From contig CAVYGQ010000001.1 of assembly GCA_963768175.1 (NCBI GenBank), positions 510,305-574,304 of the forward strand: a stretch of DNA of 64,000 bases. Reading direction: 5' to 3'. Of this stretch, positions 18,704 through 29,329 are shown piece after piece. The stretch is from Candidatus Doudnabacteria bacterium (lineage in GTDB: Bacteria; Patescibacteriota; Doudnabacteria; UBA920). A program made the position numbers and the translations under genes. Below the pieces are notes generated by a model. The model was not told the origin of the DNA, searched no databases, and saw nothing but the letters and a program-made list of their open reading frames with translations. Positions within the stretch are counted from its first letter, which is position 1. The number at the start of each line of letters is the position of its first letter.

Positions 18704-20005
18704 TTATCTCCCCTGCCAGGTAAAAATGTAATAGATGGTTTTGAGAATAATTTCCAAATCAAACAGGAAACTGCGGTGTTTAATATAGTAGAGATCGTAT
18801 TGCAGTTTAAGCTTGGTTTCTTCCAGGCTTCCGGCGTAAATGTTCAGCTGGGCCCAGCCGGTTATGCCGGGTTTTACCAAATGCCTTTCGTCGTAAAACG
18901 GAATTTGTTTTTTTAAGTCCTCAACAATGTGCGGCTGTTCCGGGCGCGGTCCGACTAAGCTTATGTGACCAAGCAACAAATTAACAAACTGCGGCCATTC
19001 GTCTATGCGGCTCATGCGCAAAAATTTGCCGACCTTGGTTATGCGGGGATCGTTGACCGAAGTCCAGGTATTGGTGGGTCCGCCGCTCATGCTGCGGTAT
19101 TTATAAACTTTAAACAGCCGCCCCTGTTTGCCCACGCGCTCCTGCACAAACAGCACCGGGCCCGGGCTGGTTAATTTAATCGCTAGCGCGCAAAACGGAT
19201 AACTGATTAAAAATGCCAGCAGGCCGACAACGCCAAACAGAATATCAATTGTCCTTTTTACCAGATTGTAAAACCGCTTTTCCTGGTAATTGATGTTTTC
19301 CAAAAACCAAATTTCGTTGATTTGCGAAAGGTAAACGCGACGCAACAGCTGTTCGTAAAAAGTTTTGTGGTTGTAAAAACGCACGCCGGCGGTGCGCAGC
19401 TGGTAAAGCTGTTCGGCAATCTGCGAGTTAGCCTGGAGGTTGTCCGGCAAAATTACGCTGGAATTTTTATCCAAAGACGCCGTGGCCAAACTTTGCTGGT
19501 TCAAATGGCCCAAAACTTTATAACCCAAATATGCGTGCTGCACAATAGCCTCCTGCAACTCGGCCAGCTCGTTGTTAAAAGAAAAAAGATAAACGGATTC
19601 GGTCAGCCGGTTTTTAAACGCGTACTTGACCAGCAAATACCAAAGTAGCAGTAAAACAAACGCCACGCCTACCAGTAAAAGCAAAATGCGCCTGGGAGTT
19701 AAAATTAAGTTGGGCTGGAAATAAAAATAAATAATGGCCAAAACCAAATTTATGGCCATGGCCGAGATCAAATTAAAAAACAAACTGCTGTAGCGCCGAA
19801 ACGCCCGGATGTCAAACAGGCCGTGGATATAAAACACCAACGTCCAAAAAATATAAATTACGGTAAAGGCCTTCAGGTGGGCCTGCCAGTCTACGCCGCT
19901 TAAATTTCCCCCGTAACGAAGGAACACAGCCAGCCATAAGCTTAAATAAAGCAGGCAAATATACGGCAAAACTATTAATAAGAAACGCAGGCTTGGACGC
20001 GACAT
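18704..20005 (-). CDS. Priming polyprenyl glycosylphosphotransferase (WcaJ/WbaP-type sugar transferase)
   Basis: KRTIDI, YKYRSM, DPRITKVG, DEWPQ, LVGPRPE, KPGITGWAQ and YDLYYI motifs. Confidence 0.95.
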   Translation of the reverse strand: MSRPSLRFLLIVLPYICLLYLSLWLAVFLRYGGNLSGVDWQAHLKAFTVIYIFWTLVFYIHGLFDIRAFRRYSSLFFNLISAMAINLVLAIIYFYFQPNLILTPRRILLLLVGVAFVLLLLWYLLVKYAFKNRLTESVYLFSFNNELAELQEAIVQHAYLGYKVLGHLNQQSLATASLDKNSSVILPDNLQANSQIAEQLYQLRTAGVRFYNHKTFYEQLLRRVYLSQINEIWFLENINYQEKRFYNLVKRTIDILFGVVGLLAFLISYPFCALAIKLTSPGPVLFVQERVGKQGRLFKVYKYRSMSGGPTNTWTSVNDPRITKVGKFLRMSRIDEWPQFVNLLLGHISLVGPRPEQPHIVEDLKKQIPFYDERHLVKPGITGWAQLNIYAGSLEETKLKLQYDLYYIKHRSFLFDLEIILKTIYYIFTWQGR

Positions 20006-20030
20006 AAAAGAATAAATTACAAATGAAACG

Positions 20031-20804
20031 CTAAAAACCCATAATAATCCGCAATTTTAGTATTATTTTGGCCGGATAATAATTCGGGTAGCCCTCCCGG
20101 TTAATTTGCATTTGCTCAAGCTGCTCCCTTAAAATACTGCGGAACCTCTCCTTATTATAGTGCGGCAAGGTGTAGTTGGTAAATACCTCTTGGAAATTAT
20201 ACACTTTACCAAGCTTGCCCAGCCTGAGCCATAAGCCGTAATCTTCGGCTTCATCACGCCGGCCGGGCAAAAAACCGCCCGATCTTAATGCCTCTTCCCG
20301 CTTGAACATGACGGTGGAGGTAAAAAAATTGTTTCTCAAAAGCATGGTGGAGCGGATATCCTTGTCGGTTTCTACCCGAAATTTGGCGCCTAATGACTTA
20401 TCCGCGTCTATCATCATTATGCCGCCTCCCGTTAGTACGACATCCGGATATTTTTGGAAATAGTCAATTTGTTTTTGCAGCTTTTGCGCGTCCACCCATT
20501 CGTCGTCGTCGTCAAGCGGGGCAATATACTGTCCCAAGCTTTCCTGCAAAGCTTCGTTGCGGCTAAAAATTTTACCTTTTGACTGCTGATGATTAATATC
20601 TTTAAGCGGCATGCCTTGCCTTTTAAATTGCTCTATTACGGACGCCGTTTCGTCGGTGGAGCTGTCATTAATCAACACAACCTCGTAATCACCAAAACTT
20701 TGGCTGGCAACGCTCCGCAAAGCCCGGACCAATAACGGAGCGCGGTTTTTTGTTAAAATATTTACCGATATCAAAGGCATAAATTTACTTTTTAATTTCC
20801 GCAA
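20031..20804 (-). CDS. Glycosyltransferase family 2
   Basis: INDSSTD, LDDDD and EDY motifs; paralog of 27653..28435. Confidence 0.9.
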   Translation of the reverse strand: MRKLKSKFMPLISVNILTKNRAPLLVRALRSVASQSFGDYEVVLINDSSTDETASVIEQFKRQGMPLKDINHQQSKGKIFSRNEALQESLGQYIAPLDDDDEWVDAQKLQKQIDYFQKYPDVVLTGGGIMMIDADKSLGAKFRVETDKDIRSTMLLRNNFFTSTVMFKREEALRSGGFLPGRRDEAEDYGLWLRLGKLGKVYNFQEVFTNYTLPHYNKERFRSILREQLEQMQINREGYPNYYPAKIILKLRIIMGF

Positions 20805-21603
20805 AATAATTGGTGGTCAAAAAAATCTCCTCGGTTTCACTGTACACTTTTATAGGATACAGCCCGTTTTTTAAAATCCGGTAAATATTATAATCGTTGC
20901 CCAAAAGCCGGAAAAAATCCTTAAAATAAATCCTGGAATCTATAGCCGTGCCGCCGAACTCAAACTGCAGAAAGCGGATTTTTTTGGCCTTGAGCATTTG
21001 CGCGGCTCCGCGCAAAATCGCCAGTTCGTGGCCTTCCACGTCAATTTTCAAAAAATCAATAAACCCGATAGGGTTCTGCGAACAAAAACTGTCCAAAGTT
21101 GCCAGTTGTACGGTTTCGCGCTTGTTCAAAAAAATCTTACTTTCAGCCAGGTCACGGTCATAAAGCGAAGCCAGCTCGCTTCCGCCGGCATCCTCAAACA
21201 GGACCGCGGTTTTATCGGTATCGCTCAAACCGAGATTAAAAGTTTTGATATTTTTAAAGGCTTGCGCCTGTGATTTTAGTTTGGCAAAGCCCGAAGCGGA
21301 AGGCTCAAAGGAATAAATCACAAACGGACGGCGGCTTTGTTCAAAAATCTCATTCAGCAATAAGCTGTAATTGCCGGCATTGGCCCCGACGTCAAAAAAG
21401 ACAGCCGGCCGTCCTAAAACGAATTTTAATAACGACCGGCAAACATATTCTGCGGCGAACTTTTCCCCGCTGGTCCGGAAATTTCCCGCCCCGCCCGCAT
21501 TCATGCCTTTTAAGGAAAGCAAATAAAGGTTCCGGAATAAAAACTGGAATTGTTTTTTGCCCAGCCAGGGACTTAGGAAAAATTTTAGGATTTTTTTTGA
21601 CAT
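20785..21603 (-). CDS. FkbM family methyltransferase
   Basis: FDVGANAG, FEP and LKIDVEGHE motifs. Confidence 0.92.
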   Translation of the reverse strand: MSKKILKFFLSPWLGKKQFQFLFRNLYLLSLKGMNAGGAGNFRTSGEKFAAEYVCRSLLKFVLGRPAVFFDVGANAGNYSLLLNEIFEQSRRPFVIYSFEPSASGFAKLKSQAQAFKNIKTFNLGLSDTDKTAVLFEDAGGSELASLYDRDLAESKIFLNKRETVQLATLDSFCSQNPIGFIDFLKIDVEGHELAILRGAAQMLKAKKIRFLQFEFGGTAIDSRIYFKDFFRLLGNDYNIYRILKNGLYPIKVYSETEEIFLTTNYFAEIKK

Positions 21604-22808
21604 TATTTTGCTAATGTAACTTCCTCATTAGATTTACCAAAAACTGTTTGCTTAAAAAACCGCCAAAGCTTAACCGGCCAATCTTTGTCCATGCACGGCC
21701 GCTCGATTAACAAATAAAACACCCCGCAAAACACCAAAACGCATGGTAACATAATAGCAGATTGGACCAATAAAGTCAGCGGGTAAGAGCCGGCGAAACG
21801 GATAAAGGTAATATGGTTGCCTACGGCCGAGATTACGGTGTCATGCCACAAATAAATGGAATAGCACATGCCGCCAATGATGGCTAGCCAGCGCAGACTA
21901 AAAATCCGTTTCCATAGTCCGTCCGTTAAGGCCAGCATAAAAACCCCAAAGAGCAAAACTATAAAAATATACTCATTGTATAAATGGGAATATAAATCCA
22001 GATAAGGCATGGCGGCCAGCATCAGCAGCCCCCCCGTAAAACTTAAGGAGCGGCTAATTTTAAGTTGCCAGCCATTAAGGTAAAAATCCAGCAGCAAAAA
22101 TCCGAGCAAAAAATATTGGATAAAATTATAGACCGCCAAATACGGCGTCGGAAAGATATGCTGAAGCAGGATCGCCAAAACAATTGCGTTTGTTAAAATT
22201 GTCCTGCGGTAAATTTTCGGCAGCTTTAAGATTAGCACCAAAACAGGCAACAAAATATAAAATTGAATTTCTATTTCCAACGACCAAAGCACCGGCGACA
22301 GCGGCGTTTGGTTAACGAACAAAATATTGTGCATGTAAATTAAAGACGAACCGACAACCGGAAATAAGCCCCAAAAACTTTTGTCCGGAAAAAATGAGCC
22401 AAACTGGTGGCTGCCGAAAAAAACCAGCAACACGGCCAAAGCCAAAACCGTTAAAATGTAAGGCGGCTCCAGCCTGGTCAGTCTCCGCAAAAAATATTTT
22501 TTTATGCTGACCGGTTTGCCGTTTTGCCAAAAAGCTTTGGCAAACGGCATAGCCAAAATAAAACCGCTGATGGCAAAAAACAGCAGCACTCCTTTGCGAC
22601 CGTTAATATAAAACATATAATAAAGCGGCCAGACAGCTTGGGGCCTGACCGAGGCGGCAAAGACCACCTTGTTGGTTACAAAGGTATTTATGTGCTCAAA
22701 AATCACCAGCAGCAAGGCTAAAAACCTTAAACCGTCTATTTGGGGGATGAACGCGGTGGAGACGGTTTTGCGCTGCAGGTGGCTGTATAAATCGCCAATT
22801 TTAAACAT
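21603..22808 (-). CDS. Acyltransferase-3 (OafA-like) O-acyltransferase
   Basis: IDGLR, FFAISGF, RRLTRL, WSLEIEIQFY, YSIYLWH and IERP motifs. Confidence 0.92.
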   Translation of the reverse strand: MFKIGDLYSHLQRKTVSTAFIPQIDGLRFLALLLVIFEHINTFVTNKVVFAASVRPQAVWPLYYMFYINGRKGVLLFFAISGFILAMPFAKAFWQNGKPVSIKKYFLRRLTRLEPPYILTVLALAVLLVFFGSHQFGSFFPDKSFWGLFPVVGSSLIYMHNILFVNQTPLSPVLWSLEIEIQFYILLPVLVLILKLPKIYRRTILTNAIVLAILLQHIFPTPYLAVYNFIQYFLLGFLLLDFYLNGWQLKISRSLSFTGGLLMLAAMPYLDLYSHLYNEYIFIVLLFGVFMLALTDGLWKRIFSLRWLAIIGGMCYSIYLWHDTVISAVGNHITFIRFAGSYPLTLLVQSAIMLPCVLVFCGVFYLLIERPCMDKDWPVKLWRFFKQTVFGKSNEEVTLAK

Positions 22809-22859
22809 ATAATTGTCAGAGTTTACGCCGTCCCTAAAAGCGGCGACGTGGTACTCATG

Positions 22860-23594
22860 TCATTTCGTGAATTCAAACATCCCGCAGGCATACCAAGCCT
22901 GTTCGTAATCTTGCCATTGGGTGTTTTCGTAATACCTGCCGTCGTCCCCGACCGCGGAAAAACTTAAAAGCTTAAGGCCGGAAAAATATTCCAAAATGGT
23001 TTTGGGGTTGTGCACGCGGTGGGCGTTAAAATAAGTAGCGGGCTTGCCCACCGGCAAAGCAAAATACAGCTTGCCGCCCGGGGCCAAAACCCGCGCCAGC
23101 TCCAAGCAGGCTTTTTGCGTGCCCAGCGGATCCAAGGGGTCGCCGTACCTGCCCAGACCGATGTGCTCGGCCACGTGCAGGCAGGACAAAGACTTTAAGG
23201 AATTATCCGGATACGGCATGGCCAAAATACTGCCTTGGGTAACTTCAAAATTGTCAAAGTCCGGCTTCACCGGCCTGATATCCACAAAAGTGGTAGGGGC
23301 AACCGTAGAGGCCATGGACAAAAAACGGATGGACGAACCCACGTCCACATGGTTGCTTGGCCGGGCATGTTGCAAAAATTTAAACGCCCAGCGGTCCATA
23401 TAAACATAATGCTTGTCAAAAGTATGTGACGAGGGGTCTTTATCAAAAACCAAAGGCAATACGTAAAAAGGCGTGCGGATATTTTCGCTCCTTAACATGG
23501 CGCGGTATTTAAACAAGTCGCGTCCATACCAAAACGGGGCTTTAATTAAAGCCTTAAGTAGGCGCCAAATTCTGCGAAAAATCTTTTTTATCAT
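22860..23594 (-). CDS. SAM-dependent methyltransferase-like protein (DUF268-like)
   Basis: HVDVGS, SLSCLHVAEHIGLGRYGDPLDP and FNAHRV motifs. Confidence 0.8.
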   Translation of the reverse strand: MIKKIFRRIWRLLKALIKAPFWYGRDLFKYRAMLRSENIRTPFYVLPLVFDKDPSSHTFDKHYVYMDRWAFKFLQHARPSNHVDVGSSIRFLSMASTVAPTTFVDIRPVKPDFDNFEVTQGSILAMPYPDNSLKSLSCLHVAEHIGLGRYGDPLDPLGTQKACLELARVLAPGGKLYFALPVGKPATYFNAHRVHNPKTILEYFSGLKLLSFSAVGDDGRYYENTQWQDYEQAWYACGMFEFTK

Positions 23595-23694
23595 AACCTT
23601 TTCAGAATTTACAGGGTAAAAGGGTAAAATAAACTCTAAGGTAAGCCGGAGCTACTTTTACAGTTGATAAAATTCCTGAGGGGTAACTTTAAAT

Positions 23695-24615
23695 TCAATC
23701 TTTTATAACGTCTAAAAATTTTTGGGCAACAACCGCATTGGTAAAATTTTGCAGATGATATTGCCGGGGAGAAAAATTATTGATTTGCGATAAGAAACCC
23801 TCCAGCCTGTCTGCGAAATCTTCGCTGCCGGAAAAAAACACTCCCACCTGCGAGGTTAAATAAGGCGCCGGGCTGCTGGTTTGCCATTCATAATTTTTTG
23901 TTTTTAAATGGCCGCCACTGTACACCAAAGTAGGAACATTAAACATCCAGGCCTCATGCAGGGCCAGCCCCTGGCTTTCGGAAGCCGATAAAAAAACCAT
24001 AAACTTACTCTTGGCCAACTTTTTTAAATAATCAACCCTGGCGTATTTCCCGTATTCTGCCACAAAATAAGGAATTTTTCTTGCGACCAAAACCTTAAGT
24101 ACTGCCAAAAAAGTTTTATTGTCGGGATTTTTTTTATAAACCACACAGCCGGTCCGTTCTTTAGCCAGGACGGTATCGGCCAAAGTTTCCACGCCAGCGG
24201 CCCAAACCCGGATTTTTTGCTTGAATCCGGGGTGAAAAGAATCGCAATACTCGCCGACCCATGGACTGGGCACCAAATAAACATCAATTTCCGGATGGTA
24301 AATAAGGCCCTTGTGCTGAAGCGGGAACGAAGTAATCCCCGGACCGGCAACAATCTTTTTTATTAAACCAGCTTGCTTCTTTTTGATGATTGCTTTAAGC
24401 GTGAAAGCGCCGCTAATCACACATGCGACGTCTATGGGCTGAGCCAAAGGCTGATTCAGAAAAAAAGGGACGTTAAGCTCCCGCAGTCCGCTGTACAAAC
24501 TTTGCTCCATGGCGCCAAGGCCTCCCCGGCTACGGCCGATCAGTTTTTTTACCCAATTTTTCGCCGCCCCCCGCGCGGTAAAAGCCTCGTCAAAAATATA
24601 TAACGGTTGCTCCAT
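23695..24615 (-). CDS. Glycosyltransferase (GT-B, GT4-like)
   Basis: ESQGLALHEAW (EX7E) motif. Confidence 0.75.
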   Translation of the reverse strand: MEQPLYIFDEAFTARGAAKNWVKKLIGRSRGGLGAMEQSLYSGLRELNVPFFLNQPLAQPIDVACVISGAFTLKAIIKKKQAGLIKKIVAGPGITSFPLQHKGLIYHPEIDVYLVPSPWVGEYCDSFHPGFKQKIRVWAAGVETLADTVLAKERTGCVVYKKNPDNKTFLAVLKVLVARKIPYFVAEYGKYARVDYLKKLAKSKFMVFLSASESQGLALHEAWMFNVPTLVYSGGHLKTKNYEWQTSSPAPYLTSQVGVFFSGSEDFADRLEGFLSQINNFSPRQYHLQNFTNAVVAQKFLDVIKD

Positions 24616-24620
24616 ATTAA

Positions 24621-25232
24621 TTATTTGGGTTTGCGCCCGTGCCTGGCCGCAATATGGTCAAAATAATCCTGGAAGTAACTGGTAATCAAATGCAGTATCG
24701 CGTTGTGTACGCTTTCCACCACGGAATATTTTCCGGCTTGGGTTTTGATTAAAATTTTTGCGTCGGCAAGTTTGTTAAGCTGCCCGCCGGTAAAGCCCGA
24801 CAAGCCGATAACCGGAATATGCCGGCTTTTGGCCAGCTCCACGGCCTTAATAATGTTTTTAGACTTACCGGAACTGCTGATGGCAATAACGCAGTCGCTT
24901 TCCTGCAGGTAATTCTGCAGGGGTCCGGCAAAAACCATTTCATAACCCACGTCATTGGCCCAGGCGGACAGCTCCTCTTCCGTGCTCGGCAAGCGCATAG
25001 TCTGAAAGCGCTTGGTTTGGGAGCTTAAATTGTGGTCAAACACCGTTTTATTGAAATCCGCCACCCAGTGCGTGGCCATGGCCAGCGATCCGCCATTGCC
25101 GAAAACATAAATCCGCCCGTCCCGCTCGTAAACCGATTGGATAATATTAATAGCCTTGGCTATTTCTTCCGCGGGCAATTGTTTTAACTGCAACGCCACT
25201 TCGTCCGCGAATTTTTCAATATAGTTAAGCAT
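24621..25232 (-). CDS. gmhA: SIS-domain phosphoheptose isomerase-like protein
   Basis: FGNGGS, AWANDVGY, ISSSGKS and FTGG motifs. Confidence 0.8.
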   Translation of the reverse strand: MLNYIEKFADEVALQLKQLPAEEIAKAINIIQSVYERDGRIYVFGNGGSLAMATHWVADFNKTVFDHNLSSQTKRFQTMRLPSTEEELSAWANDVGYEMVFAGPLQNYLQESDCVIAISSSGKSKNIIKAVELAKSRHIPVIGLSGFTGGQLNKLADAKILIKTQAGKYSVVESVHNAILHLITSYFQDYFDHIAARHGRKPK

Positions 25233-25269
25233 AAATATTCATAGAAAAATTTAATTATTAACCGAAGAA

Positions 25270-26265
25270 TTAAATAATATATCCACGCCGGATTGGGAAA
25301 ATCCAAACGGGATTTCCCAAGACTTCCCGTAATTTATTTTTTTTCGCCTGCTTGTCCAAAACGGCTTTTATCTTTTCGTGATTTCTTGGCGGAGCCAAAA
25401 ACAGCAGGCAGCCGCCGCCGCCAGCTCCCAAAATTTTTCCGCCCCAGGCACCGGCCTTTATACCGGTTTCATATAAAGAGTCAATCTGCGTATTACTGAC
25501 GTTCACGCCTAGGCTTTTTTTCCTAAGCCAGCCCTCGTGGAGCATTTCCGCGGCCGCCTTAAAATTGCCGGCTACGATATAATCCCGGAATTTCGGCACG
25601 GAATCGGACATTTTTTTATAGGTTTCAAAATTTTCGGAAACTTTTTTGCTCTGTTCGCCCAGCACGCTGGAAGCATTTCTGGTTATGCCAGTATAATAAA
25701 GCAGTAAGTGGTCTTCCAAAGCGGTCCGGACTTTAAAATCCAAAAACACCGGTTCAACCAAAACGCTGCCGTCGGGATTAAAAGTTATAACGTTAAAACC
25801 ACCAAAAGCCGCCGCGTATTGGTCCTGCTTGCCTATAGGTTCCTTTAAAATATCAATTTCCAACCGGCTGGCGGCTTCCGCGGCTTGGGCTTTGCCGATG
25901 GTCTTGCCCATATAAGCATTCAGAGCCTTAATTAGCGCCACGGAAAAACTGGAAGATGAGCCGAGCCCGGTTTTTGCGGGCAAATCCATAAACGAAGCAA
26001 TTTCCATACCCTTGCTAACCAAGCCTAAATCCAGCAAAGACTCCCGGAAACGGTCATGAATTAAGTCTTTCGGGTGTTTAACGACTTCCGTTTCCCGATA
26101 CTTCATTATGAACTCATGCAAAAAATCCGCCGGGTTTACCACAATGTAAACAAACTTGTCTATGGTGGTGGAAATTACCCTGCCCGGATAGCGGCTGTAA
26201 AAACTTTTTAAGTCGGTCCCTCCTCCCACAAAGCTTATCCGTAAAGGCGCGCGCGCGATAATCAT
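25270..26265 (-). CDS. GHMP sugar kinase, HddA-like (C-terminus probably frameshifted)
   Basis: APLRISFVGGGTD, GLGSSS, GKQDQY and GAGGGG motifs. Confidence 0.88.
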   Translation of the reverse strand: MIIARAPLRISFVGGGTDLKSFYSRYPGRVISTTIDKFVYIVVNPADFLHEFIMKYRETEVVKHPKDLIHDRFRESLLDLGLVSKGMEIASFMDLPAKTGLGSSSSFSVALIKALNAYMGKTIGKAQAAEAASRLEIDILKEPIGKQDQYAAAFGGFNVITFNPDGSVLVEPVFLDFKVRTALEDHLLLYYTGITRNASSVLGEQSKKVSENFETYKKMSDSVPKFRDYIVAGNFKAAAEMLHEGWLRKKSLGVNVSNTQIDSLYETGIKAGAWGGKILGAGGGGCLLFLAPPRNHEKIKAVLDKQAKKNKLREVLGNPVWIFPIRRGYII

Positions 26266-26327
26266 AGTTTTTAAATTAAATCATACTTTATTAAGTTTAG
26301 CATTTTCCCGCAAACTTGAAAACCGCC

Positions 26328-27656
26328 CTATTTTGGGCGGTTTTGATCTCTTTTACCGGTAATTTCCCGAGTCGCGCTTAAAACATTTTTATAGATTCTA
26401 AAAAGTTTTTTCGTGCCAAATTTGTTGTCGTGGCAGGCGTAACCCGTGGCCACGCCCAAAAATTTGACCCCGGAGTTTTCCGCGGTTTTGGCGTCGCGGC
26501 AGGAGTCGCCGATAAAAAAACTTTTTTTCAAATTTATGTTTAAATCCCCGGCTGCCTGCCTGACCAGGCCGATTTTTGGCTTGCGGCATTCGCAATCAAT
26601 GGCATACTTTTTTACCGGATGCAGCACCGTGCCGTCTGCTTTATGGTGCGGGCAAACGTATATGGCGTCCAAAAAAGCACCCCTTTGGCCCAACTCCCAT
26701 TCCAGTTTGTTGTGGATTTCCCTAACTCCTGCTTCGGTAATATACCCGCGGGCAATTTGCGGCTGGTTGGTTAAAACAACGGCCAAAACTCCGGCCTCGT
26801 TCAGCAGCCGCACGGCTTTTGCCGCAAAAGGATAAATATGCAAATCTTCCAAACGGCTTAACTGGTTAACTTCTTTATTTAAGACGCCGTCGCGGTCTAA
26901 AAACACGGCGGGCCGCGCGGATTTAAAACTGCCTTTAGCAAATTTCCCCTGCGCGAAATCCCGCCTGACCTGGAGCAGGCGCTTAGGCGTGCCCATGTCT
27001 TTAAAATATTCAGCCGACCGATAAGCCAACAGCACCTTGCCTTGCGCAAGCAGCTTGGGAAAAATTGTATGGCCCAAATCCGAGCCTTGATATTTTTTTA
27101 AATAGGGAAAAATTTTCGGGCTTAAAATCCGCGCGCCGGTGGTGACTAAATTTTGGAAGCTTTGCCCTGGTGGATGTGGCTTGGTATGGAAAGCCACAAT
27201 ACAATGAGTGTCGTCCTCTTCCACCAAATCGCTGTCAAACGGATGGTTATTGGGGTGGACTACCAAACTGGCAATTTGCCCGCGGCGATTCTGACGGTGG
27301 AAATTAACAAAACGCGAAATATCAAAATTCATCATTACGTCACCATATAGCAGTAAAAAATCATCCTTAATTTTGCCGCTTAGCGCGGCCACGCGGTCGG
27401 CCGTATTCATCTCCACCGGCCCCTGGCTAAGATGCAGGCGCATGCCGAACCGGCGGCCACTGCCGCAATATTCAGCAATCTTTTCCGCCAAATAGCCGGT
27501 CAAGATATAAACGTCTTTAATGCCGGCACCGGCCAAAAGGCGCAGCTGGTGCTCAAGTACTGGCTTGCCGAAAACGGGTACAAGCGGCTTAGGTAATTTT
27601 TTGGTCAGGCGGCCAAGGCGCTTCCCCTGCCCGCCGGCTAAAATTACAGCTTTCAT
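26328..27656 (-). CDS. Fusion of nucleotidyltransferase (HddC-like) and HAD-IIIA phosphatase (GmhB-like)
   Basis: ILAGGQGKRL..LPKP at the N-terminus; FLDRDGVLN, TNQP, CPHH and CECRKP in the C-terminal half. Confidence 0.9.
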   Translation of the reverse strand: MKAVILAGGQGKRLGRLTKKLPKPLVPVFGKPVLEHQLRLLAGAGIKDVYILTGYLAEKIAEYCGSGRRFGMRLHLSQGPVEMNTADRVAALSGKIKDDFLLLYGDVMMNFDISRFVNFHRQNRRGQIASLVVHPNNHPFDSDLVEEDDTHCIVAFHTKPHPPGQSFQNLVTTGARILSPKIFPYLKKYQGSDLGHTIFPKLLAQGKVLLAYRSAEYFKDMGTPKRLLQVRRDFAQGKFAKGSFKSARPAVFLDRDGVLNKEVNQLSRLEDLHIYPFAAKAVRLLNEAGVLAVVLTNQPQIARGYITEAGVREIHNKLEWELGQRGAFLDAIYVCPHHKADGTVLHPVKKYAIDCECRKPKIGLVRQAAGDLNINLKKSFFIGDSCRDAKTAENSGVKFLGVATGYACHDNKFGTKKLFRIYKNVLSATREITGKRDQNRPK

Positions 27657-28435
27657 AATTTTTTTATTTTTTCTGATAAGCGCCAAGAGCGGAATCCTAA
27701 AATAGCATTGGCTAATTTCGCCAAAGGATAGCGGCCGGCAAACATCTTAATTAATAATTGCTGTTTACGGTAAAAACCCAAAAGTTTTTCCGGAGAATAG
27801 CTTGGCACGCGGTAATCAGTATAAACTTCTTGGCTATTGTGCATTTGGCCCAAAAGTCCCAGCCGCAGCCAGCAATAATAATCTTCCGCGTAATCGTTTT
27901 CCAAAAAAATAAATCCGCCGGCCCGCTCAGCCGCCTCCCTCCGAAACATAACCGTGGATGTGAAAAAATTATTTCGCAGCAGCATGGTGCGGCGGATGCT
28001 CCAGTCGGCTTGCACGCGGAATTTAATTCCCAAAAATTTGCCGCTGTCGTCTACTTTCCTGACACCCGCCCCAAGCAAAACCACGCCGCTATGGCTGTTT
28101 AAAAAGGCTGCTTGCTTGGCAAGCTTGTTTTTGTCAATCCAAACATCATCGTCATCCAATGCGGCTACAAAAGCTCCGCGGCAAGCTTTTAGTACCCGCT
28201 GGCGGTTTTCGGTAATGCTAACTTGCGGATTATGGTAAAGGCGGGTAATCGGTATCCCCTGGGACTGCAACTGTTCAATGACTTCCCGGGTGTTGTCGGT
28301 AGAATTATTATCGCCCACCACGATTTCAAAATCGCCAAAGCTTTGCCCAGCCGCGCTTAACACCGCCCGTTTCAGCAATTTTGAACGGTTGTAGGTAAGG
28401 ATCATCACGGAAACTTGCGGAATGGTTTGGTTCAT
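27653..28435 (-). CDS. Glycosyltransferase family 2
   Basis: TYNR, DNNSTD, LDDDD and EDY motifs. Confidence 0.9.
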   Translation of the reverse strand: MNQTIPQVSVMILTYNRSKLLKRAVLSAAGQSFGDFEIVVGDNNSTDNTREVIEQLQSQGIPITRLYHNPQVSITENRQRVLKACRGAFVAALDDDDVWIDKNKLAKQAAFLNSHSGVVLLGAGVRKVDDSGKFLGIKFRVQADWSIRRTMLLRNNFFTSTVMFRREAAERAGGFIFLENDYAEDYYCWLRLGLLGQMHNSQEVYTDYRVPSYSPEKLLGFYRKQQLLIKMFAGRYPLAKLANAILGFRSWRLSEKIKKL

Positions 28436-29325
28436 AAAATAAATGTCTCGATCAATTTAGCGTGGACTTTTGTGTGCAGAGCCAAATACATGCTGACGCC
28501 GTCGGGAACGGCTTTTGGCAGGCCGGCTATTTCCGACAACTTCTCCCCCGCCTGCAAAAAGATCCGGTAACCCAGCTGATTTAAAAACTCAAAAGTCTTA
28601 TTAAAATTTTGGTTATAAAAATTGCCGGCTTTAATTGTCTTGGCGGACTCATACCAAATTACCGGCTTAAACGAGCCCAAAAGACCGGCACAGCCCTGCA
28701 GGACATCCAGTTCCAGCCCTTCCACGTCAATTTTCATAAAATCCGGGCCAGGTAAGTTTTCCGCCTTGGCAAAATCATCCAGCCTTACAATTTTTACCGT
28801 CCTGGACGCCCCAGCCTGCTTGCCCACAAATTCCCGGTTAAAACTGCTGCCGGTGCCGGCCAAAAATATTTGCTGCTGACCGTTTTGGTTGCTTAAGCCC
28901 ACATTGTAAACTTTGCAAAGATTCTCCAGCCGGTTTAATTTTATGGTTTCTTCCTCCACCCGTTTAAACTCCAATACCGGTTCAAAAGCGTAGCTGCTTA
29001 TTTTCCCCTGCCCTAAAAAAGCCGCCAAAATGCCGAAATATCCGGTGTTGGCGCCGACATCAAAAAAAGTCAGGCGTGGCTTTTCCGCAAGCAGGTATTG
29101 TAACAAATTGGTAACCAGCTTGCTGCCGTCTGCCTCTATTACGCCATTAGACAAAATGCCGTTGGCAATGTCAGAGCTGTCCAATATCCAACCCGCGTAC
29201 CAAAAGCCCAAAGACGACTTCACCGCGGTCAGGGTGTTTTGGCTGGCTTTGGGGAAATAGGCAATTTTTTTGCCCGTCAGCTTTTCCAAAACTTTTAAAA
29301 ATTTGGTAAAAATAAATTGCTTCAT
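28432..29325 (-). CDS. FkbM family methyltransferase
   Basis: FDVGANTG, AFEP and MKIDVEGLE motifs. Confidence 0.92.
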   Translation of the reverse strand: MKQFIFTKFLKVLEKLTGKKIAYFPKASQNTLTAVKSSLGFWYAGWILDSSDIANGILSNGVIEADGSKLVTNLLQYLLAEKPRLTFFDVGANTGYFGILAAFLGQGKISSYAFEPVLEFKRVEEETIKLNRLENLCKVYNVGLSNQNGQQQIFLAGTGSSFNREFVGKQAGASRTVKIVRLDDFAKAENLPGPDFMKIDVEGLELDVLQGCAGLLGSFKPVIWYESAKTIKAGNFYNQNFNKTFEFLNQLGYRIFLQAGEKLSEIAGLPKAVPDGVSMYLALHTKVHAKLIETFIL

Positions 29326-29329
29326 GTAT